Positions 1-13,269 of a stretch of DNA of 64,000 bases are shown here, one piece after another; position 1 is the stretch's first letter; each line of letters opens with the position of its first letter. A program made the translations under genes and the position numbers. This DNA is from Tubulanus polymorphus (lineage: Eukaryota; Animalia; Nemertea), in assembly GCF_964204645.1 (NCBI RefSeq), contig NC_134032.1, positions 8,730,275 to 8,794,274 of the forward strand, written 5' to 3'. A model generated the notes under the pieces. The model searched no databases, had not been told where the DNA came from, and worked only from the letters and a program-made list of their open reading frames with translations.

Positions 1-444
1 ATATCGGACTCAATTTCACGAAAATCTGACAAATGGCATTACACTTTGTTTCGGTGAATTTTCAAGCTTTGGAACAATTCTCGTCTTTTTTAGTCCGATT
101 TCGTGAAACGACGTCCACATCAACGCATCTTCGCTTGCCCGGGTTTGAATGATGCAAAGAGATGCATTGTTTTTACCGGCAAGTTTGCTCTATGAATACC
201 ACGCACCTGATTGGCTAAATTTATAGACTGGTAGGCGCTGAGCGGCAACCTGCTGTCCGCCCAAAATGTTGGCGTAAACTTCAGCGGGCGGCAATCAAAC
301 ACTGGCAAGCGAGGATGATATCAACGATACCGTGGACGACGAGAGCGTGCGCCCCCTGTTGGTTGGAATCGACGATACCGGCGCCAGACGATAGTCGGTG
401 ACGGTGACAACGACAACATACGGATATTTGGATGCGTGCGATTC

Positions 445-566
445 TCATGAAGGACGCCAAACTCGCGACAGTAACAGGTGCACGATTCCGCTGAACAGAA
501 GCGATTTTAAGGTCGGAAACCGACTGTTATAGACGGCGCTGCCGGCGTTCTTTACCGCGCTGACCC
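445..566 (-). CDS. Candidate terminal exon (G)VSAVKNAGSAVYNSRFPTLKSLLFSGIVHLLLSRVWRPS*, GPI-signal-like C-terminus
   Basis: Acceptor aacgcag|GG (weak pyrimidine tract), phase 1 start, stop at 445-447; small residues (NAGS) followed by a hydrophobic tail. Confidence 0.4.
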
Positions 567-1800
567 CTGCGTTTGGCATGTACTTATTTAGTTCCTTGTA
601 ATGGTACTCTATAAAATATCGAGAAATGGAAAAAAGAAAATGGTTCATTTATTACAATCCTGTAATTTTGAAGTTCGATTGGACATAGTAGACTCCGCCA
701 AAGTCGGATTCGATAAACTCGGATACCACTCAACACGGCTCTTATTTTTCTTATTTTTGTGGCACCATACATGAAATACGTACCAATTCGGATATCAACC
801 AAGTCGGCACATTTTTACGTTCCCGCAAGAGCCGACTTGAGCGAAGTCTACTTTATAACTCCCAACTGATAAAGTAGACTCAGCCTTACTCTGGGAAGCG
901 TAAACATATCATATGAATGATCTCATATCAATTCGTGAGTTGCTTACAATCCAAGCACTGCCTGTCTACAGCGTTTCGGACCGCCCTTTCGATTCACAAT
1001 TACTAACAAACTAATATCGAATATATTGGTTTTAGTAGAACTAATCAGAATCAGGGAATTTAGCACCATAGGTCACTCTGGAAATTCATTTCCACAGACA
1101 TCTTAATTCCAATTTGAGCGGTGTTCAGATCCGACCAGAATCGAGTAAGGAGAAGGAGTCTACTGATATGGGCTGACTGGAGCGGTACACCGAATCGATC
1201 CGCTTTGATGAGTACAATTGAGAATTCTATATATAGGTATTGTATTTCGATAACAAAAGTAGTTTTGAATTTTTAACGTAGAATATATATAAAAATGAAT
1301 AATTACGCACGTAGCTATATGGAAACCAAAAATCGACTACAAATCAGACAACAGAATTTAGAAATTTTAACTTAAAGCTATGGTTTTTCGCGAGTAGTTT
1401 TCAGCTAGCTTTTCCTGGTAGGAAATATGCCAAGTTTCTCAAAAAAAGGAAATCGTTGACAAGAATCTGCTCATCCGCGAATGCTCGCCCTTTTTCATGA
1501 AGCAGCAAAAAAGCCGCCAGAAACCTCTCGCAAAAACCGGCCTCGAGGAGTTTTACGCCGTCTCTAGCATGCGAGGAGGGACGGCGAGTGACAACGCAAA
1601 TCAATCAAGCGAAAAAAGAAGAATTTAGTGCCATATCTTTTTATACACTGATGACAGTGACAGAAGATAAGTAAAAATCAAAAGCCGTGCACAAATTAAT
1701 AATTCAACCAATAATCAATGAACTCAATGTTAAAAATGTCCCTTGATAAGCTCGCTTAAACGTAAACAATTCCATGGATTTCCCCCACGAATTTTCTTAC

Positions 1801-1864
1801 CGTATTTTAAGTCAGATATCCGTTTTTTGAAATCAACGGTTAGAGGATCGGAATACTCGGACCA
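1801..1864 (-). CDS. Candidate internal exon WSEYSDPLTVDFKKRISDLKY
   Basis: cctctatag| acceptor, |gtaaga donor, 64 nt, open only as phase 0->1, joins 566 in frame. Confidence 0.35.
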
Positions 1865-2624
1865 CTATAGAGGGGTCGGTAGTGCGTGAAATATTTATGT
1901 GCTTTACAGATCATCAACGGGCATGCGCAGGGATAGCGTTTTGTTGCCGGTTGCACCGCGGGTATTTCCTCTTCTCCAGTCAAACTTCGTCGGCTTGCGG
2001 TGCAACCGGTCGTTAGTTCATTGTTTTGCCTCTCGATAGCGCCACTGGCAGTCGTCACGATGGGTGATGTTTTGAATAAATTCAACTTTCGAGTGGAACA
2101 TCAACAAGTCGCGCTCGAATGAACCTACTATATATCGAGTATCGTTCATCGGTATGCCACTAGATAGCGCCAATGTCGGTGCCGATAGATATTTTATTTA
2201 GAACAATTACGTTTTGATCAAATCTTTTCCGCGTATGTGTCCTGGCACCAGTCGTAGTCGGGGATTCGTTCAAATCAACTCGGAGTAATATGCCATATTA
2301 ATCCTAAGCCTACGCATACATATGGTGAAGTTCCTCGGTTCGTCGTTAGGTGGCAACATCGGTAGATATAAATGCACCGAAGAGTGATTTTTTACATAGA
2401 AACATCGAATCTTCTATCCGAAAATGTACTTAACGCTACGTCATGTAATGCGTCGATGAAACTCGAGGAAATGTATTCGATGTTTTAGAATTATATCGTC
2501 ATCAAATCCTCCCCGGATTTATTCCTCTAATAGCGAGCATTAGGAGATTCGTCGAACGAAGTATTCTAAATAACCTACATGTATATTATGGTGCAGCATA
2601 TCGATAGTTCTTCAGTTCATGCCG

Positions 2625-2719
2625 CTACATGGCGCCAGTGGTAGTCGAGGTGTCGTTAGCGGCATCGATGATCACCATGGATGGTTTCCTCGCGGGGTAG
2701 TATTGATCCGAGTAATATT
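2625..2719 (-). CDS. Candidate terminal exon (E)YYSDQYYPARKPSMVIIDAANDTSTTTGAM*
   Basis: gcgtatag| acceptor, phase 1, joins exon 4411-4567 in frame, TAG at 2625-2627. Confidence 0.5.
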
Positions 2720-2903
2720 CTATACGCACGAAACGTCATGCGTTTTGAAAGAAAAATAAAATACCCGTAAATTAATGAGAGACTATATTCAAAAAAAGAA
2801 CATCAGCCGAACCCGAACCGAAACGTAGCGAATTCTAAATTATATATACTGGTATAGATCAAAATTGATAAGGGAGGTCGCCGGTACGTCGGTTTTACAC
2901 ACC

Positions 2904-3480
2904 TGGGCGCAGTCTCCACAGTCGTGACTACCAAAAGTGGTCTCAAATCTCATGACTTCTCCACAGATGATGGACTGTCTTAGATGGTATTAGTTTGGTC
3001 TTATATCTAAGTCATGACTGTGCAACTGGCCATTGGGACCATTCTGTGCACTCATGAAATAAGTACAAAAATGGTCTTAAGTCCAAGTCTGCCCTCAAAG
3101 CCGATTAGATTAGCAAAGACCAAATGGGCTGAGATTGATTTTGAGTTGTTGGATTGGTTTCTTAGCCTTAGTGCATTGAGACTGGTCTGATTGAAATCTT
3201 GGACTGCAACGGGCCCATGTGGGTCAGTTGTCCAAAAGTTGGTTTCATTTCACCCGTTAATGCGATGGTTTAACTTCGACCAACCTTCGAGCAAATTACT
3301 TTGACAATGGCTAAACCTTTTGTCCGGCGGCCTCCGAATGGGTTGAGATAAGAAATATCTAGCGTCGGTTTCAGAGACCAGTTTGAAATATCATTTAAGT
3401 TGGATAAGACAAACTCGAAAGGTTTTTTTTTTACAGTTACGACTGGCCTATAAAACCGACACCGGAGTTAAGTACGTGTG
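2904..3480. mobile_element. Cluster of adjacent degenerate MITEs of the GGCCCAGTTGCACAG...CTGTGCAACTGGCC family
   Basis: gggcgcagtctccacagtcgtgact ... agtcatgactgtgcaactggcc inverted termini, followed by further related ends; similar termini near 18990, 21770, 38750, 42825, 45480, 51880, 61770. Confidence 0.55.
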
Positions 3481-4410
3481 ACTTGAAAAACATGCTTTTG
3501 AAATGCTTTCAACTAAAATGATGCATTAAGAAAAATAAATTCAAACGGTAGTCGCAACCAAGGGGTTAAAGTATATAAGCGAAAGCCAAAATAATCTGTA
3601 GGCAGGCGAGAGAATCGTAATAATAGATAATTAAGCAAAAAATTGTCTAGATAAAAGGAAGATTAAAGAAACTAATTAAGTTGAACATTAGTTTGATTTT
3701 TGCTATGTAGTTAGCTGCAAGGCTAGCGGGTTTAAAAATGGATCTCTAGTATTCAGTTCCACAGTTGTGAGCTTAGAATTGACTCTAGAGTGGGAATATT
3801 CAAGGAAATGAACTGATTAACTTAGCGTCATCAAGTTTTACTGGTTAGATTTTTAACTCGAAAACTACTTCATTTTCGATTAGTTTTAATCTAGAGTCAA
3901 AATTCAAATAGACCTGCGGACCTCGGTTGCAGAGTACACATTTAAACTTCAGAAATGTCTGGCTCCGTAAAAGATCCATCGCAATTTCGTAGATTTCCAA
4001 TTTTGATCTTTCAATATCCCCTTTTGGAGCTATAGATATTTCGAGGGCGCGGGAACGACACGTGATGCAAATTCTACTGCTACTTTTGTTGACCGTACCT
4101 TTTTTTCTTCTAATTTCTAAGTTAAAACACTCAAACACGTGATCAAGTGAAATCTATTTTTGCCTATCGCTATCCGAATACAAACGTGAGTAAAGAGATC
4201 GAAAGTCGCGAGTCAAGACTCGTAAGTCGAATGTCTTCAGAATTGTTTATGTTCTGCTCGTGGATCAGGTATTTCATTGGGTTTATGCGAAAACGCATCG
4301 CCCATACTTGGGTAGCTGAGGCCCATGCATACTAATTATCAAGCTAAATGAGTTTAGCTAATACTCGCAAAGAGGCGACGCACCCGATGTCGGGTTAGTC
4401 TTCTACTTAC

Positions 4411-4567
4411 CCGCCATGAAAATGATGGCGCCACTGATGCCGATCATGGCGCAAATGAACATCAACCAAATGAAACTTTTCGCCGAATCGACTTTCACCG
4501 TCACGCGGCGGCCTTCCATCATGTTCTCGTAGACATTTCCGCGACCGTACGGGTGTAAATCACAGTC
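4411..4567 (-). CDS. Exon DCDLHPYGRGNVYENMMEGRRVTVKVDSAKSFIWLMFICAMIGISGAIIFMA, single TM helix, unrecognised protein
   Basis: ttcatag| acceptor, strong |gtaagt donor, 157 nt phase 0->1, ~21-residue hydrophobic segment; missed by ORF track. Confidence 0.8.
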
Positions 4568-5234
4568 CTATGAACACACATTACAAATGAGTCATGGTTA
4601 TTGGTAAGGGGTACTGCAGCAGGGGAGATAACGGGGTGAATCTTAGTAGATAGATGCCACTGTTTATTCTAGACAAAGTTGGCAGCGATAGTTGAGCGTT
4701 AAGTGGAGGGGATGGTTTTTTTGGGCGCCGTGAAAACCGTAACAATTATGTTTGTTTACATTGATGCCTCAAGTATGCGTTATTTCAGGAAATCTGTGCG
4801 AATCAATGTGCATTACGTCACCAATGTTCGCCGTTGATATAATAACAATAACAATTGCAAATTTTGGCGTCTATTTTGTGATTAAGAATATTTCATAGCT
4901 CTTATCTTATTTTTGATAGATCTCATTTTCGATAAATTCTAACAACTATTTTTGAGATGTTATTTTCAAGGGGTCAGCTTTCTTGTTTTTCTCTTTTCTA
5001 AATTTCTGACATTGCTGAAAACAAAAATTTGAAAAAGCCATTTCGTAACAATATCAATATCCGCCACCGTGTCGATAGTCTAGATTTACGTAGGTTACAT
5101 CGAAGACACACATCGATCGTGCTGCCACTTGTCGGCGTGGTCCAGAGCATGCTTGGAACAACGTTTAGGATAGCAACAACAGATGAAAGTGATTATTTAT
5201 ACATCCGATTTCAGGCATAGACATATTCTAATTG

Positions 5235-5664
5235 GGGATCGTTTAATTAGCACGTACGCACGAAATGGAGGAAGGGGGTCATTGGAAGTGCAAGCAAATG
5301 CGTATGGGGAAGGGAGGGGGTCTAAACAGGCCATTTGATACAGCATTGAATAACAATATTGTATTACAATGTGCTATACTCAATAAAACACTTGTCGTTA
5401 TTCTGACGAACATCGTGATGGCTGCATCGGCAGAATTTAGAAAAATGCAATGAGCATTGTGATCGTGTCCAATTCGACTCCTATTGCATGTTTCACTTGA
5501 TTTCATACATACAACGCCAGTTACCATTGATAAGTATGTTCTCGAAAAGCATTATGCGTATGTATAGGGGGCACTGGGCAGTTAAAAAGTACTGTTGCGC
5601 CCAAGGGAGGGTTGGGGCTTCAAAAATCGGTGATTTTATGCGTACATACTAATTGAACGATCCC
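5235..5664. mobile_element. PIF/Harbinger-like (Tourist-type) MITE
   Basis: TIRs gggatcgtttaattagcacgtacgca / tgcgtacatactaattgaacgatccc, flanked by 3-bp TTG duplication. Confidence 0.7.
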
Positions 5665-5873
5665 TTGACGGATATAGCATAATTTCCTCTGGTGCTCGGT
5701 GCGTGTGACCCTTAAATTCTTTCTCTCAACGAGATGATCGTTTTACCGTGTCCCGAAATGCGGAGATACAAAGTCGTGTGTAATACTTAAGCCGCGACCT
5801 TCCTGACTTATTTACGAAAAGCCCACAATCGAATCAATGAATACTAACAGTTAAGCTAAGCTCAGGTCGACTT

Positions 5874-6540
5874 GACGTTTCGGCCCCACTCCCCGCGGTG
5901 GCGCCACCGCGCGGGATTTACGCGAAGCAGCAAACACAAACATGGCCACTCTCCCAATTTTCAATGATAGAAATCGTGTGTGCATTTCAATTATTTCGGC
6001 TGTTAGGGTTTTAAGGCACAATATAAGTTGATGATGTGATATGGCGATGTTAATTAATGATAATTCCGCAGTGAAGCTAGTGACGAACGGTGCCGATTGA
6101 GTGTACAGCTGCCAAAAACACTGAAATGTGCGTGGTTGCGTAACTATTTGCAGTGAATTGCAGACGAAACATGAAGCCTTAACAGCCGTTTAAAAAAAAA
6201 TTATACCAATCGCAATTGTAAAATAAAAATGAGATAGAACCTAAGTTAAAATTCTGGCCATTTCTAAAATGTTATTACTAATTTTTAGTCAGTGCCGAAC
6301 GTTTAGTTTTCCAACAATAATGAGGGGTGGTAGGTAGTCATACAATTCAAGTCATCATTTATTACACGTTACTTCCGTGTTGTTGAAAATCTCGCGAGTC
6401 CTGGACCAAACCCCATTGAACAATGTGATCTGTGTGCTGGCCACAAATGCACACAGATCACACTACACTGCCCATTACACACTCCAGTACCCACAGCTTT
6501 CATATATCCATCCAAATATTTAGAGTGTCTTTCTTCCTGG
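5874..6540 (+). repeat. ~660 bp interspersed repeat, copy 1 (inverted relative to 37697-38332)
   Basis: Near-identical reverse complement of 37697-38332 apart from small indels; 18-bp palindrome cgcggtggcgccaccgcg; 14-bp-stem hairpin tgtgatctgtgtgc/gcacacagatcaca. Confidence 0.92.
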
Positions 6541-6794
6541 ATCAAATCGTCCGATCGGAAGGAGCCGAGTCTGCGTCGACTTTTAATCGGGAACCTTTTC
6601 GACATGTGTTTACTTACGACGGCGATGGATTGATCGCATACCGATCATAGGCCGAATCGCGAGGATTAGATTAAGTTCTATTTTCTACGACCCGATAAGA
6701 TCGTTGTGGCCAATCAGCGACGAGTTTTGCATCACGTGACTTTTTTTCGTAGTCAACCTGGGCGAACCTCGGTCATCGGAGTTAGTCGACTATC

Positions 6795-6948
6795 TGTTAC
6801 GCATATATAATGATAGCACAAGCTGTATAACCACTGGCTAAGTGAACTAGTTCTATTGGTCTACTGGCTAGAATGCTTGCTTTCTACGTACAAGTCCCGG
6901 GTTCGATCCCCGGTGAGTGCGCGTTATTTCACTGTCACTTCTCTTACA
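6795..6948 (+). mobile_element. 154-bp TG...CA element containing a degenerate tRNA-Gly-like sequence, nested in a larger foldback repeat
   Basis: Ends tgttac...cttaca; A-box-like tggtctactgg, B-box ggttcgatccc; acceptor stem broken; flanks gactat/atagtc inverted. Confidence 0.6.
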
Positions 6949-7649
6949 TATAGTCAAACTAAACGAAAGCGAATGTCAGTTAGTCGGAACTATGGTCCGG
7001 AAATGGTCGACCACGGGATTGAGCACGGTCGCTGTAGTTCCGACCCATTTCCAAGATGGCCGACTCTGTGAAATACGTTACGACCGAACTATATGGTGCG
7101 TTCTGTTATTAGTTTTGACCACTAGTCAACTAAGCTACGAAAACCGAAGTCGGCCGAGAGTTCGCTTAAGATCGTGTGACAAACGAGTCGGTCACGTGTT
7201 ACTTCCGCTGTCCTTTTGGCGATCTGATCGGATCATAAGTCAATCTGGGCTTAACTTGACGTTTTATTCCAAATATACAGATATTATGAGCTCGAGTTGG
7301 CCATCGAATAAATACCGTAGTAACAAACGAACAGTTGCAATTATCACCATACGTCAACTATCTACTGGTTAACTAACACTAACCATAATTCATATTCTGG
7401 TTAACCTGTTTATGGGATTGTCATGAGGTTTTATAGATGGATAGTTGCCCCCGTATATGGAAATCAGAGTGCCTGATTTTCCCTAATTCTCCTATGATAT
7501 CCGGAAAAATTGCTTCCCAAACGAGTAAGTTTCTCAAGGACATCATCGAATCGTCCACCATTACTCCGGAAAAGAAAATTTCCGCTAATCATATTACTCC
7601 AATAGGCACTCCAAAAGATACTCTTAATGAATTCTTTTTTTTTAAATTT

Positions 7650-7830
7650 TGAAATAGGGATTGACCCTGTCATTTATTTGATTGGTAGATTTCGTTTGAT
7701 TTTTTTTATTTGGTGTCCCTTACAAACCTACCACACCTGCTGGGAGCGAAACCGAGGGTTTGATTATGAAATCGGAAATCGAAGTACAGATACAGTTGTG
7801 CGATCGGCGTTCGATTTAACGGAATTTTTT
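7650..7830 (+). repeat. Dispersed repeat family (ggtagatttcg...gtgtcccttacaaacctaccacacctgcagggatcgaaac)
   Basis: Further copies at ~47790-47895, ~48670-48775, ~56635-56775, all same orientation; B-box-like gtttcgatccc on minus strand in some copies. Confidence 0.85.
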
Positions 7831-8859
7831 GCTAGAATATGAATTCTTTTTTAACGTCATCGGTTTTTGAGGACGGCCATATTTTTTCCTGGAAAAAATG
7901 TATCTCATAGAATATCGCAACGGACTCCGGAATCCCCGGTGAAAATACAGAACCCGGAGCATTCCCATAGTGACGGTACGCGGCAACTATCAAACTGGCT
8001 TCGTACCGAATGTAACGCAGATACATATATACCAAATTGTATGATCTGTTTTTAAACGGCTGGATAGAGTAAGAATGCGCAGACGATGTCCAACAATTAT
8101 TTTGATTGAGGGATTTAGCGTCGGGAATGCGCGGTTTGCTAATTGTCTGTCTAGCGCTATAACAGTAACAACGATCGAGTATAGATCAAATGACTTCAGC
8201 GCACGTATGTGAACTATGCGTATATAAGCCGCGGATTTGCTGGCGATGCCCGGTTGTAAATTCTGCCGAGCCATTAGCGACAAAACCATATAAAATATAC
8301 ATATTCCAGGGGAAATGCGCGCGATAAAACGTACGATAAACAAATAGACGGTTATTCCGGAAAAAAAGACCGTGGCACAACCGGATAATATGGCTGCCTT
8401 CACGAATTCGACTATGACATCACCAGATCGCTCCTAATGACCCTCGCAGAGGAGATGTCTCCTTTCGTTTGAATTTTCCAACAACAGCATAAGATAATCC
8501 CGATAGACGCTTCCCGAAAACTCCCCAGTTATCACGCATGTAGATAATTGCAGAAAATATAGCTGCTCTCACAAATCCACCTATGAAATCATCAAATTAC
8601 CGCTTTTTTCACTATGAATACTAAGATATGACTGCCTACATAAATTCCATATGTGACATTATCAAATTGCTCAGCACCTTCAAGAAAAATAGCTTTCTTC
8701 ACGAAGCAATGGACTCTAAAACGAAAAAGTGCATGATAAATCTCACGAAGGCGGCCATGGACATAACTAACAGCCTAACATATTTTTCTCTAGCACAAAG
8801 AATATCGTTAGAAATATTTCCAGATAGAAAAAAATGTTTTAATATTAATTTCTCTTTAC

Positions 8860-9036
8860 CTTTACGGCGACGTGGGTTTCAAATAAAGTTTCATCGGCGA
8901 ACGAATTGTTTTTATTGTTCGCCATGACTACGTCGTGAAGCGAAGTCATAGCTTGAATACGACACATGGGCATTTGTACACCGCCCCCTGACGCGGCGGC
9001 AGCCGATCGGACTTTCTGCACCAGACGACCAGCCAT
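8860..9036 (-). CDS. Candidate alternative first coding exon MAGRLVQKVRSAAAASGGG...ETHVAVK
   Basis: aaacATGG context with upstream in-frame stop, AAG|gtaaag donor, 177 nt phase 0, joins 4567 in frame. Confidence 0.6.
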
Positions 9037-10149
9037 GTTTTACGATTATCCGCTTCAGTTCGAGATAATCGTTAAACTCGATATTTTGAGAATATAAAGC
9101 TTCTCAAAGCAGTTAACGTCCGATACTTAACGCTAGGAGGACCGAAGACTTTCACCGGCCTTGACCCATTTAATCCGTTAAAACGTATATGTAATTATTT
9201 CCGCGATTGAAAGTAACCAATTTCCGCACGTTTTCTTTGAGTTCTCAACGATTTATCTGTCGATTAGAATCCATCGAATTTCGTTTCGTTTCTGTCATCC
9301 TGAACGCGAACTGTATTTTACGATGTGAATATACGTACTGTATTAGGTTCAAGAAATTGATCGAATATAGGGGCGGCTCCGTTGCGAATATCATAAAAAA
9401 GTTACGGCATTCGCCAGAACCATCCCGTATATGTCTTTTCATTCTCATGACCCAAACTACCATAGTAACAATGATAATCCATAATAGAGGTATGGTCACT
9501 AAAACAACCTACGACTTGTCCGTCGCCTTTTGAAGATTATGACCAGGCAAGTGAGGATTTACTCGGCGCGGTAGGTCCTAATGTCGAGCACGCCATCTGG
9601 TGGCATGACTGGTTTTACTATTGATTCTTAACGTGTGAGGTAAACCCGGGGATCGATAATGCCGGCCGGCTGGTATCTCTAGAGTCAAAATTGATTAAAA
9701 GCCAAGGCAAACATAACTCGGAGACCATATTGAGCAAATATCAGATTCTCTGAGAGACGGGAGTCGCTGGGGGTTGTAAATTAATACGCTTCTTGGATTA
9801 TATTGATAAAATCGAGAAAGGGAACGGTATCGAAGAGTCTCATATTTACTCGATAAAATTACATACAAACGCACACACACACACAACAGCCTGGTACTGC
9901 GATGCACGCGATAGAGGGTAAACAAAACCGCTCTTAGTAATTACTCGCTCGCCGCAGCCTCCTCTCTATCTCCCTATCCACGTACTGTAGAGATAGATTA
10001 ACGGCAGCAGAACTAGATTACTTTATTACTGTCAATATATAAATATGATTATTATTACATTTTCTGGGCTTGTGGTGCAATAATCACGCGCGTGGTCTAT
10101 ATATAATCAGTCAACAGGGGAAAATACGTAGACTATAGATACAGAACCT

Positions 10150-10450
10150 CCCGGCAAAGATGGCTGCCTTCTTAAATCCCATCATCAAATTACCCCCTGG
10201 TTCTACCAGAACATGTAGTTGCCCTCGAAAACCCCTGATGACATCATCACAGGAAATAAGACAGCATCCATGAATCCCCCAATGACACGATCAAATTACC
10301 CATATAGACACCCCCCTCCGAGAAAAAAATCGATGGTCGCCTCCATCATTTTCTTTATAACATCATCATAGAATTACTGCTTAAAAAAGTTCTCAGAGAG
10401 GCTGTCTCCATAAATCCCCCGATATCATCTAGAATTACCCTTTTAGACAT
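10150..10450 (+). repeat. Degenerate ~55-60 bp satellite-like family (gatggctgcctccataaatcccctatgacatcatcaaattaccc)
   Basis: Tandem degenerate units; other clusters at ~7435-7630, 8390-8800, 14240-14760, 20125-20480 and (reverse) 63170-63540. Confidence 0.75.
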
Positions 10451-11025
10451 AACGAGATTTTATTGTCGGGCATTCTATGATTCTATGATTTGCTGAGTAG
10501 GTGGCGTAGTTTATTGCGGTTTCTAAAAGTGAGTATGGATTTCATGATGTGTTAGCGAAGAGAGTAATCTTTCCTAGAAAGAGCCTAGTTAGTGATGGTA
10601 TTTATGGAGATGGCCACGATAAATGTTCTCTGTAATCAGGGAGTCAATATTAGGTCTTCAATGCGGTCCATTTTGTCAACCAATCACTGTGGAATGGTTT
10701 TATAGAGACATAGCGCTGTCACTATCTCCGAATTAGGAATAATGTTAATGTCCACTTTTACAGAAAATGCGCTTTGATGAAAGCAACTCGCTCAATGCCA
10801 CGAGTGAGAAAACTGTTGGGGTGGTTAGGCATCTCTAGAGTGAGTGACAATTTCGTTGTGGATCGAACTAGGACTAGCTTATAGTCCATGATTAAACCTG
10901 ATGCAGCTATCAATCACAAGTCTAAACCCTGCTGCTACCCCTCAAATTACACACACACCTGACGCTGAACCAACACACATTCGAAAGATGATCATCCCGG
11001 GTGGTTAGTTAGGACCTCAGCTTGC

Positions 11026-11410
11026 AAATGAACTAAAAACAGCAACAGACATTCGACATTTTATCAGCACGCCACTTTCGAGTGAGATTGTCCACATTCA
11101 CATGCGTTCATGCAGAAGTTCACATGAGACATTTTTGATTGAAAATGAACAACAAACGCCAGCCATTAAGCATTTTATCAGCACACTTTCAAATGAGATG
11201 ATTGTCCATACTTAATATGTGTTCAGGACTTCACCTGAGACATTTTCAAATGAAAATGAACTACAAAAAACATACATCAGGCATTATATCAGCGCACTTT
11301 CAAATGAGATCGTCCACACTTAAATTCACCCGAGACGTTTTTGATTGAAATGATTTACAAACAACAGACATTAGCCTCTGCACACTTGCATACACTGATC
11401 GTCCACACTC
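11026..11410. repeat. Tandem repeat, ~110-117 bp unit, ~3.5 copies
   Basis: Recurring aaatgaac...cattttatcagcac..tttcaaatgagat..gtccaca...ttcacctgagacattttt. Confidence 0.85.
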
Positions 11411-13269
11411 TATTAAGTGGATGGCCGCGGATTGATTTTACATTTCATCGATTATGAAATACCTTTATCGATAAGCATCTTTTATCTCCACGGTTTATCA
11501 TTGTTGTCACTATGGTAGTTAATTCAATCGATTGACCGCTTAACTTTCCACGCACGCGCAAAAATGGCCTTCTCCAAAATCTCCCTACCACGTCATCCTA
11601 ATCACGTGGGCCACAAATGTAAGTATGGTAATGTTTACCGGAAGTATGTAGAAGACGAATAATGAAGTTGATTTAGATGACGTCATAGGGGGATTTCCGA
11701 GAGACTCCTTTTATGGATGGAACGGTTGTAGAAAAGGCGGATCTGTGGATAACGAAGGCTGCCTTCCCATTGTTGTTGCCATTTATGACAGATGTCATCA
11801 ATAGCTGCACATGTGACACTCGGGAATTGCATCTTTTCGGAGGCATTCCTTCCAAGATTTTTAACGCCGAAGAAGAGCACTTTTCTCTTATGTCCACAGA
11901 TACGCCCCTACACTTCTACCCTACACCTACCCGACTAAACGTTCATTTCCGTCTAATTCGTCGTCGTATCGAGAACGATCAAATAAACACTCGCTCTCGA
12001 GCGCGATTGGAATCAGTCGCGCTGAATTCCCGGCAAATATCTCACTTATTCGGAGTATGACGACAGAACGACGATCGCGCGTTCACGGGTCCGATACGAA
12101 TCCTTTTCAGACGAATATCCGAATATCTCGCAAATAAATTACGAGCCGCGAGAGATGTGAAAATATCCGTCGAGTTTAACCGTCGATTTTATCCGTTTCG
12201 ACCGTCCGAGTTCAGCCTTGAGAGCGAGATAACAGTTCAACAATCTCCAGCGTCAGATTACCCGATTTAGTAGAAATGAGTTAATTATCAATAACTTTGA
12301 GTCGAATCTAACTGAAAATGTTTTAACATGCTCCTAACGGTAATGCGTAAATGATGAAAATTTACTCATATGAGAGAATTTTCAATTACATTGACTTCAG
12401 TCAAGTATAATTCAAAAACTGCGCGAAAGAGACTGTTTTAATTCAGCTCTATACGGAGCAGACTCCTCTCGGCCCTTCTTCCCTGGGCCGGGCGGTTGTT
12501 GATAAGAAATACGTTTTGTATATAAAATAGCTCCCGACCCGCAACTATCGAAAATGAACTTGTTAGATTTAACTCACTCAACGCAGCAACTGCGGCGGCG
12601 AAACTGAATAGATCCCGACAGGCTGTAAGTCGTAGTAGGTTCCTGTTAGGCTGTATCCAGGCTGCTTCCGCGCTCACTCTCTGTAGCAGACGCGAAATGA
12701 TGAAAGGGGTCTCTGACGACCTGTTGTGCGGCAGTGGCCGGCGCTTTCATAAGCGTTAATCAGCGTATAACTGCAGCCGTGGCGCGCGCGTTAGCTCCAA
12801 GCGTTGAAAGATCTCCTCTCTCCACCCTCTTTCACGCTCTCTCCTCAGCAACCAGACCGGCGGATAGAAATGTCGACGACAGCTTACTCGAGAGAGTAGT
12901 TAATCGGCTTACCCACTGCTGCTGCTGCTGCGGCGGCGCAAAACTACGCCAGGAGTTACCTACTTAATCCGATTCGGAATGAGCTAATTACATCGTACGT
13001 CGCGGCGGGTTTTTGTCAGCTCCGGTTCTTCGTTTTTTCACGCTTAATACCTCGATAAGAATTGGCTTTCGATCTTAAATTTGAGCTTAATTAATTAGAC
13101 TTGGTACTGAAATAAGACGAGTCTTAACGGCTGGTTTTAAGGCTAGGCTGGTTACAGGCTTGTCGGATTTGGAGGCTCAGTTAGGTCTTTGGGACAAGCG
13201 CCCCACAAAGTGGTGACAAAAGCGAACCCAAGGGTTTGAATCGGTGAACGGGTCTTGGGTATATCCAAT

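Noticed and set aside
120-440. GC-rich, coding-looking stretch
   Set aside because: Stops in all tested frames and no consistent splice pair; probably 3' UTR of the 445-566 exon
6850-6920. Functional tRNA gene
   Set aside because: Acceptor and anticodon stems do not pair; treated as repeat-borne tRNA-like sequence
10234-10260. CTGATGA...GAAA
   Set aside because: Part of the tgacatcatc satellite; no supporting helices
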